Assembly (NCBI GenBank): GCA_016840855.1
Contig: JAEORO010000041.1
Coordinates: 1-23,447, forward strand
Reading direction: 5' to 3'
DNA: 23,447 nucleotides
DNA from: Candidatus Thorarchaeota archaeon
GTDB lineage: Archaea; Asgardarchaeota; Thorarchaeia; Thorarchaeales; Thorarchaeaceae
Shown in pieces: positions 16,836 to 23,447 of the stretch (position 1 is the stretch's first letter; every line of letters starts with the position of its first letter). Position numbers and translations under genes: made by a program. A model generated the notes under the pieces. The model made no database searches. It saw only the letters and a program-made list of their open reading frames with translations, and was not told the DNA's origin.

Positions 16836-17966
16836 TCATAAATAGGCTTTTTCGATTTCATTAATGACATATTTTCTCATGCTTCGAGAAGTGACGAGTG
16901 GATGTTTAAGTTGAACATCCTGCAAAGATTCAACTTCCTGCGTTTTCAACGAAAATCCAAGGTCTGCAAAACTTGCTTTTACTTTTTCAAGTCCAACACC
17001 AAAGTGTTTTATCCCGACATTCAATGCTTCAAGAATCTTGTATCCATAATGAGTCAACCAAAGAGAATTCAAAAGAGAAGTACTTCCTTTGGTAAATACC
17101 ACAGTATTTTCGATTTCTTTAGCTCTCGCTTCGACGATCTTGGGGATGAGTTTTGATGCGCTTGTTTCTTCCATGGCTTCTGTATCTAGAAAGAGGGTTG
17201 GACCGTTTCTTGATATCTGTTCATCAAGAAGCTCCACAGTACGATTGAAGATGACTTTTCTTGCAGTTCTATAATCCATAGAAGCCTTAGTCGTGTCCAA
17301 GATTTTAGAGGGGTCACCATCGAAACCTGCAAGCTCCTTCATGCCTAGTCCAATTAAGAGACCTCGTTGAACACTATACCAGTTATCTTCTGTGATATGT
17401 TCTAAAACAGACAGGATTCTATCTTGAATGTGAGTCCATCCCATGTTCCTAGCTAAGTCATCATATAACGCCCACATTAAAACTGGAGGCGCGGTCCATG
17501 GAGCTTTATCCGGTCGAACAAGTAAGAAACGTTTAGCTAATTCTTTAGATGTAAAAAAGAAGCGGAAAATATTGTCAGCAGACAAGACCACAGATGAATC
17601 AAGCATCACACTTGAGTGCGTAAATATTGGAGTAACATCCAAAGTCTGTAGGCGATTCTGAGTTAGAATTATTTTTTCTAGCCCGGAGCATCGGACTAGT
17701 GGCCAAAGATTAAGAGAAACCAAATGGTTATTCTCCAAATGAATTTCTGATATGGTTTTGTTTTTTGAGAGAGGGCTAAGTTCAAGTTCCTCAATCATGT
17801 TATTTGCTAAATTTAAGGCAGTTAGTTTTTCACATCTTTCGACATCAGAGAGGTCGACTTTCTTTGCTGCTCTCGTTGTGAGGTCGATCTTCGTGTCCGC
17901 ACAGTGGAATTTCCTTTCTTCTTGACGTCCATGAGGACTCCAGTACCTGATAGAAATTTCGTCCAT
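16836..17966 (-). CDS. Cytoplasmic leucine-rich repeat protein (376 aa) with an uncharacterised helical C-terminal region
   Basis: LxxLxLxxNxI/L repeats: LTALNLANNMIEELELSPL, ISEIHLENNHLVSLNLWPL, LEKIILTQNRLQTLDVTPI. No signal peptide or TM. Confidence 0.88.
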   Translation of the reverse strand: MDEISIRYWSPHGRQEERKFHCADTKIDLTTRAAKKVDLSDVERCEKLTALNLANNMIEELELSPLSKNKTISEIHLENNHLVSLNLWPLVRCSGLEKIILTQNRLQTLDVTPIFTHSSVMLDSSVVLSADNIFRFFFTSKELAKRFLLVRPDKAPWTAPPVLMWALYDDLARNMGWTHIQDRILSVLEHITEDNWYSVQRGLLIGLGMKELAGFDGDPSKILDTTKASMDYRTARKVIFNRTVELLDEQISRNGPTLFLDTEAMEETSASKLIPKIVEARAKEIENTVVFTKGSTSLLNSLWLTHYGYKILEALNVGIKHFGVGLEKVKASFADLGFSLKTQEVESLQDVQLKHPLVTSRSMRKYVINEIEKAYL

Positions 17967-18035
17967 TTTTAGCTCGACCGAGAGCTTGTAATCAAGATTC
18001 GTAATATATGAAATCTATCTAAGCAGATTCCAACT

Positions 18036-21000
18036 CTAATCTTCAGTTTCATGGGGAGAAGGAAGTTTGGAACTAGCAGCAATTAGATACCCATTATCAA
18101 TTGCCTCTAGAGTGCATTTGTAAGCCGTTCTTTCACTGTGCCCCAGTACACTTATTGATTTGATTATTGCATCTACAGAAACACCATGGTCGATATCCAT
18201 TGACTCAAGCGCTTCTGAAACGACGCTAAGGTGTTTTGGTATACTCTTTGAAACACCAACATATCTTTTCATAAGCTGACCATCAAAATGATTGTCAAAA
18301 ATTGCGTAAAAGGACCCATTTAGGGTTGGAGTTCTAACCATTTTTCGAATTGCTTCATCCTCTTTATCATAGAGACCTCCGACCTCACTTCCGAAAGCCT
18401 CTAGCTGAGCTTTCTGTCTACTCGACGCGGGTTCGATTGTTACTATAGCACAAATCAGTGCCTCGGTCTGAACAGCAGTGATTACCTCAGTGATTGGAAT
18501 TGCAGTCCAAATTGGCTCATCCATGGAGAATTCAGATCGAAACTGAGATATTGCAGAAATTAAGGAGCTTAGTAGAGATTCCTGAAAACCTCCCTTTAGT
18601 ATGTTTGAATAAACTGGCAAACCAATTGATCGATGTATCACAAGCAATCCAATCAAATTCCTTGCATCATCAATACGGCCTTTCAGATCCAGTAATTCCA
18701 AGTTCCTTTTAGCTGTTGAAGACATATAGAAACGGCGGCCTACGGTAATTGCTGTGAATGAAATTAAGACAAGAAAACCTCCAACCAAGCCAGCTCTGAA
18801 AGTAACGTCGTATAGAGATTCAGGATTTGGAATTTCAATATTGATTTCCGTACTACTGCTTTCAAAATATGGTAATGATACTTCTACTAAAATTACAAAA
18901 TTCCCGGTGCCAATTGAAGTTGTATTAAAATCAGCCTCCCACCAGCCTTTCGCTAGATTGGGATTGAATTTCACATTGCTTATGGTCCAGTTGCCAATCA
19001 CATCAGCACCGCTTAAAATTGGATTACCATTATCTTGATCATAAAGATAGACTTCTGCCGTGAATCCTTCTCCTGATTCAATTTTCTTGTTAGGAGCGTT
19101 GGCAAAAACGGTCAATCTATGATATAGTTCAAAAGTTGCTGAACTATAAGCAACCTCAGTACCATTAGTCCATAAGATGGACACCATCCAAGCTCCGATT
19201 GAGGCATTAGTCGGACCCAATGTAGCTCCCTGACTAACAACTTCAGAACCATTTGAATTTCTAACTTCTTCACTCATCCAAATGCCGCCAGATGGAGTAT
19301 ACCAGCTCAACTCGACACTACTTTCATTTGGGATGAGTTGTACATCACTACCAAACAATGCTCTACATCTAATTCTGTCACCACTGTGGAATTCAGATTC
19401 TGCAGTCCATGGTAACCCGGAGGGACTTTCGACTTCCGTAGAAATGGAATCGGCATAGTTGATTCCATCCATCATGATTTTCCACCAGCCTACAGAGTCA
19501 ATTACTCCCGAAGGAATCTCAAGATAACCTGACTCAACGATAGCCTGACTAGAAACATCACTACCGAAGGGACTCTCCACTCTAGGATTTTCCCAGTCAA
19601 GAGGATAATACATTCTTATACCAATATCTTTTGCTTCAGTGTATGATTTTATGTATGTGTACATGGTGAATTCTGGTATAAGATCAAGTTCCACACTATA
19701 TGAAACACCTTCATTCTGAAGATTGTTTGAATACGTGGAGTTGCAAAAGCGTGTCATTTTTGTTATCGATACCATGTATTCAAAGGAAATGCTTGAGTTT
19801 GATGAGAAAAATAACGAGTTTGATGACTTCCACCAATAACTATTATTCAATGTTATTTCACCAATCCCATTACTACCAGAAATAGGGAGGCTTCCAAGTG
19901 GTGTAATGTTAATGGTGAGATCCACGGTATCTGGGTCCGGCACTTGGTTTGCTCTCAGCGATAAATCATCAATCAGTAGAGTTATGAATCTTCCATTTGT
20001 CGGATCTCCATCCAAATCAGGATCTGTTTCTGAAATCTGAACATAGCTAGAGTTTGTATTAACTTCTAAGGATATGCGAATTTGAAATGTTTGAGGAGCA
20101 TCTGGAATAGTGAAGGGAATCCGGTTTGTGTTATACCATATCCCCCTCTGCGTAATGTTAGTTGGATCTGTTGACCAGCTCCATAACATATCTGAACCAT
20201 TTAGGACCACAAAGCTAAATCTGAAAATATCACTATAGCTCGTACCAATAGGTCCTCGTTGGTACAGGTAACTCATACTAAACTCAAACTGTTCAGTTAA
20301 TCGACTATTGTCAACATTTTGATACCAATAGATTTTCGTACCATCATAATGACGATATCCATTTGGAGAGGTTACCTCATATCCCTCATTCTCTATCCCA
20401 ATGTATTTTGGATCTGTATTAATGTACGATGCACGTTGATATCCATGGTAATCAAGATATTCTCTTCTCGCACGCCAACCTTCTGCGTAATAAACTGCAT
20501 CACCACTCCAATCCACAGCTGTGCCAGGGTTTCCACTTTCAAAGGTTCCATTTAATGCGTGAAGAATCTGTAGTTCTCGAACATCAACCTCAATTTGTTC
20601 AGCTCTCCATCCACCGTCTCCAGTAATGACATCAATGCTGAATGAATAGCTTCCTGAAGGAACAAGATTTGCACTTCCTACAGAATCAGTCAAGTCACCC
20701 TCGAATTCATAATAATGAGTCAAACCATCTTCTGTACCAGAGAGTGACTTATTGTAGTCACTCTTTATATCTTCCAAACTCCTCGCTATATTGTAGTATC
20801 GAAAATCGTCCACATGACCGTCAACTTGACCATTGGTGTATGCTCTAGAATTCATGATATTGTTCTCGGTATGGAGTCCAACAACAGAATCAGGCCATGC
20901 TAGCAAAGAAGCATCCTCAAAAGGTTCAGTTACCTCATCACCACAGTAGATTCTAAGAAAGTTTGCAGATTGATCCCACACGATTGAAATGAAGTACCAG

Positions 21001-21536
21001 TTATCTGGAATCCAATCATTCTTTGTTCCAAATAGAGTGTTATCTGAGCCCCAGTCGAGTACTAATCTACTTCCTGAAAAGCGAGTTTCGAAATTACCAT
21101 TTTGACCCCAGAATCGACCATGTGGAGCAGTCACATCCCATTTAATCCATAATGAAATAGTTCCCTCGGGTGAACCAAAATTAGCTGAGCCACCAAGGCC
21201 AACCATAAAATAGCCACCACTACAATCTGCCGAGCGAGTGTTACTCTCGGAACCTGCGGGAAACAGTACTTCAGCACAAGGATTATGCTCAGAGTCGGTC
21301 CTACTGGTAACATACTGCGCTGTTCCAGATGGAGCTCCAGTATGCTCTATGAGAATTGGATTCAGATACCCAGTCTCAGGTCTCACATCATAACTAACAC
21401 TTTGCGGGTTATTCTTTTCCAGTAGGGTAAAATTTGTTATTTGAGAAAAGGTGTTCCGATAAACAAGTGGGATTATTGGCACCCATGCTAGCATAAGTAT
21501 AATTGATAGTAGCTTAGCTACATGGGCCTTTTTCAA
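18036..21536 (-). CDS. Single-pass receptor-like protein C (~1166 aa from TTG 21536): signal peptide, LamG/ConA-like domain, A/B-family head, one Ig-like repeat, TM, cytoplasmic longin-like and winged-helix-like domains
   Basis: GGAGGT lies 6 nt before TTG 21536, giving MKKAHVAKLLSIILMLAWVPIIPLV. LamG motifs: TISLWIK, NWYFISIVWD, GHVDDFRYYNIARSLEDI. TM AGLVGGFLVLISFTAITV-GRR. Longin-like IGLLVIHRSIGLPVYS...LLSSLISAISQFRSEF. C-terminal AYKCTLEAIDNGYLIA. Confidence 0.9.
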   Translation of the reverse strand: MKKAHVAKLLSIILMLAWVPIIPLVYRNTFSQITNFTLLEKNNPQSVSYDVRPETGYLNPILIEHTGAPSGTAQYVTSRTDSEHNPCAEVLFPAGSESNTRSADCSGGYFMVGLGGSANFGSPEGTISLWIKWDVTAPHGRFWGQNGNFETRFSGSRLVLDWGSDNTLFGTKNDWIPDNWYFISIVWDQSANFLRIYCGDEVTEPFEDASLLAWPDSVVGLHTENNIMNSRAYTNGQVDGHVDDFRYYNIARSLEDIKSDYNKSLSGTEDGLTHYYEFEGDLTDSVGSANLVPSGSYSFSIDVITGDGGWRAEQIEVDVRELQILHALNGTFESGNPGTAVDWSGDAVYYAEGWRARREYLDYHGYQRASYINTDPKYIGIENEGYEVTSPNGYRHYDGTKIYWYQNVDNSRLTEQFEFSMSYLYQRGPIGTSYSDIFRFSFVVLNGSDMLWSWSTDPTNITQRGIWYNTNRIPFTIPDAPQTFQIRISLEVNTNSSYVQISETDPDLDGDPTNGRFITLLIDDLSLRANQVPDPDTVDLTINITPLGSLPISGSNGIGEITLNNSYWWKSSNSLFFSSNSSISFEYMVSITKMTRFCNSTYSNNLQNEGVSYSVELDLIPEFTMYTYIKSYTEAKDIGIRMYYPLDWENPRVESPFGSDVSSQAIVESGYLEIPSGVIDSVGWWKIMMDGINYADSISTEVESPSGLPWTAESEFHSGDRIRCRALFGSDVQLIPNESSVELSWYTPSGGIWMSEEVRNSNGSEVVSQGATLGPTNASIGAWMVSILWTNGTEVAYSSATFELYHRLTVFANAPNKKIESGEGFTAEVYLYDQDNGNPILSGADVIGNWTISNVKFNPNLAKGWWEADFNTTSIGTGNFVILVEVSLPYFESSSTEINIEIPNPESLYDVTFRAGLVGGFLVLISFTAITVGRRFYMSSTAKRNLELLDLKGRIDDARNLIGLLVIHRSIGLPVYSNILKGGFQESLLSSLISAISQFRSEFSMDEPIWTAIPITEVITAVQTEALICAIVTIEPASSRQKAQLEAFGSEVGGLYDKEDEAIRKMVRTPTLNGSFYAIFDNHFDGQLMKRYVGVSKSIPKHLSVVSEALESMDIDHGVSVDAIIKSISVLGHSERTAYKCTLEAIDNGYLIAASSKLPSPHETED

Positions 21537-21542
21537 TGGTGG

Positions 21543-21548
21543 ACCTCC
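21543..21548 (-). promoter_or_regulatory. Shine-Dalgarno site GGAGGT supporting the TTG start at 21536
   Basis: Minus strand reads TC-GGAGGT-CCACCA-TTG-AAA-AAG. Confidence 0.7.
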
Positions 21549-21769
21549 GAACTTTATTAGTCGGATATTAACTAAGGACACAAAGGCATTTCTATGTATG
21601 TCTGCACCCCTGCATCCAAACGACTCAACATGACATAATATCTTAGTTATAGTAACTATTTCAGCAAATGTTGTGTGAACCGGTTGAGTCATTTGCGGAC
21701 TATTTTACTAGCAATCCATCTAATTGACAGATGACCTTTACAATTTGAAACCAGTATTTGGACAAGCAA

Positions 21770-23236
21770 CTAGATCAATCCAACTTTCTCGTTGAACTGT
21801 ACGATGAGCTCATCAATTTTCGGAGTGGTTTGTTGTATATGTTCCCAGTATGCAGGATAGTCATACCATTGTCTGTTAAGCTCGTCCAGACCAAAGCCTT
21901 GTTGTTCAATCCAAGTGAAATATTTCAAGTGATGGACTCGCTTTCTATCATAGTGGTTTAACTCAATCATAGCATCTGTCTTCTGACCCATGAGGTGTAG
22001 ATAGTAATCTTTGATAGCATCTTTTCCATTATACTCCCCATGAGCATGTCGTGCTTCTCTGATGCGTGATTGATACATGTCCATTGAGTCAGTGAAGACG
22101 GTCAGAACAACATCATTTTTGGTCAGTTCATAATATTTTGCAAACTTGATCGACATTAGTAAATTCGCAATACTTGAAATCCCTAACAGGTTAAGTTGCG
22201 ATACTATTGATTCAGGTGCACCAACTTCACTGGTTAGATATTTCCGTCCAGCGTCTTCATTGAATAACCGAATGAGGTTCATAGTATCATTATCGTCAAT
22301 AGCGATTATGTTGTCTGTGTTTCGGACATTGTGAATCCATGGGACATGTTTGTCACCAATCCCCTCAATTCTATGAGCACCATATCCATTTAGCCAAAGA
22401 GTTGGACACTGTACAGCCTCACCAGCGGCAACCTTTGATGTTGGAAATGAATGTTTCATGAAGTCCCCAGAACCAATGGTGCCTGCAGATCCAGTGGTTA
22501 AACATACACCTCTATAAACGTCGTTGCCTAGTTCTTTCTCGAGAACCTCTTTCATTGCATGACCTGTTATGTCATAGTGCCATAGATAATTGCCAAACTC
22601 GCTGAACTGATTGAAAACAAAGATATTATCCCTTGTAGCTTTAAGTTCCGCAACTTTGTCATAAATCTCCTTGACATTACTTTCGCTTCCAGGAGTTTTG
22701 ATTATCTCACCAGCTACTGTTTTGAGCCAATCAAATCGTTCTTGACTCATTTCTTCAGGAAGAATTGCCACACTTTCACATGCCAAGAGACTTGCATCAT
22801 AAGCTCCACCTCTGCAATAGTTACCAGTGGATGGCCAGACAGCTTTGTGTAGCGTAGGATCGAATTGACCTGTCACTAGAGGAGGAACCAAACATCCGAA
22901 CGCAGCACCAACTTTGTGAGCTCCTGTTGGGAACCATTTCCCAACAAGTGCAATTATCCGTGCTTCTACTCCAGTGAGCTCATAGGGAATTTCCATGTAA
23001 TTCGCAATAGGTCTAAAGAGACCTCCCTTATTGATAGGTTCATTCTTCCAAGTGATTCTGAAAAGGTTCTGAGGAACAACATCCCAGAGAGCGATGTCCT
23101 TCAGTTCATCCTTGATTCTATCAGGCACTCTAACGGGGTTTCTCATCTGCTCAAACGTTGGTATAATGATGTTACGTTCGCGACATCGTTCAACAGTTCT
23201 CTTAAGCTGGGTTTCATTTACTGTCAAGTCAATCAT
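21770..23236 (-). CDS. Pyridoxal-5'-phosphate-dependent enzyme, fold type II (tryptophan synthase beta/cysteine synthase superfamily), ~488 aa; substrate unknown
   Basis: FPTGAHKVG (Schiff-base Lys), PSTGNY, TTGSAGTIG phosphate loop and HRIEGIG. TGAGGA lies 7 nt upstream of ATG 23236 (MIDLTVNE), preferred over the ORF-track start at 23275. Confidence 0.9.
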   Translation of the reverse strand: MIDLTVNETQLKRTVERCRERNIIIPTFEQMRNPVRVPDRIKDELKDIALWDVVPQNLFRITWKNEPINKGGLFRPIANYMEIPYELTGVEARIIALVGKWFPTGAHKVGAAFGCLVPPLVTGQFDPTLHKAVWPSTGNYCRGGAYDASLLACESVAILPEEMSQERFDWLKTVAGEIIKTPGSESNVKEIYDKVAELKATRDNIFVFNQFSEFGNYLWHYDITGHAMKEVLEKELGNDVYRGVCLTTGSAGTIGSGDFMKHSFPTSKVAAGEAVQCPTLWLNGYGAHRIEGIGDKHVPWIHNVRNTDNIIAIDDNDTMNLIRLFNEDAGRKYLTSEVGAPESIVSQLNLLGISSIANLLMSIKFAKYYELTKNDVVLTVFTDSMDMYQSRIREARHAHGEYNGKDAIKDYYLHLMGQKTDAMIELNHYDRKRVHHLKYFTWIEQQGFGLDELNRQWYDYPAYWEHIQQTTPKIDELIVQFNEKVGLI

Positions 23237-23447
23237 TCTACATTCCTCATATGATGACACACAAGACGGATGCAACTCCTGAAAAAGGATTTCGGCATGA
23301 CTGCATGATTATAGATGCGCCTCAATAGACAGTTTAATAATGAACCATAGTGAATAGCGATTTAGCTTAGAGGATTAAACTCCCCTAATTGATGATTAGC
23401 GATAATGCCATTTTGAATCTCGCTTTTGGTTCAGGCTAGAACCTCAC

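Noticed and set aside
21537-21692. 52-aa N-terminal extension of protein C (track start 21692)
   Set aside because: TTG 21536 has a well-spaced GGAGGT and places the signal peptide at the N-terminus.
23237-23275. 13-aa N-terminal extension of the PLP enzyme
   Set aside because: ATG 23236 has an SD-like TGAGGA 7 nt upstream, and the extension looks non-coding.
754-23282. Numerous short (60-130 aa) ORFs in the track
   Set aside because: They lie antisense or out of frame within long, well-supported genes and show no recognisable motifs; they are treated as shadow ORFs.
23341-23433. SECIS element or C/D-box sRNA
   Set aside because: There is no convincing SECIS core, no in-frame UGA selenoprotein in the window, and the TGATGA has no matching downstream CTGA box.
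1-23447. CRISPR array, diversity-generating retroelement or insertion sequence
   Set aside because: No regularly spaced DNA repeats, near-identical template/variable repeat pair, reverse transcriptase or transposase was seen by eye.

Overview
Gene-dense archaeal window, most likely from an Asgard archaeon (Thorarchaeia-like). This is inferred from a longin-like domain, a short LRR protein, an ADP-forming acyl-CoA synthetase subunit, GGAGGT/GTGAGGAG ribosome-binding sites and abundant N-glycosylation sequons. No rRNA, tRNA, CRISPR array or transposase was seen. The window is dominated by three paralogous secreted surface proteins on the minus strand. (A) A 2569-aa protein (4385-12094) has a jelly-roll/MG2-like head, about 17 Ig-like repeats, one TM helix and a duplicated helical cytoplasmic tail. 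(B) A collinear paralog missing from the ORF track starts at 4388, overlaps A's stop codon (ATGA) and runs off the left edge (>1462 aa). (C) A short-stalk paralog (18036-21536) has a LamG module inserted into the head and a cytoplasmic longin-like plus winged-helix-like tail. Neighbours are a membrane-anchored metzincin protease, an LRR protein, a Zn-finger membrane protein, an acyl-CoA synthetase (ADP-forming) alpha-like subunit and a fold-type II PLP enzyme. Two intergenic regions contain nested inverted repeats. All domain calls come from motif recognition by eye; no searches were run.
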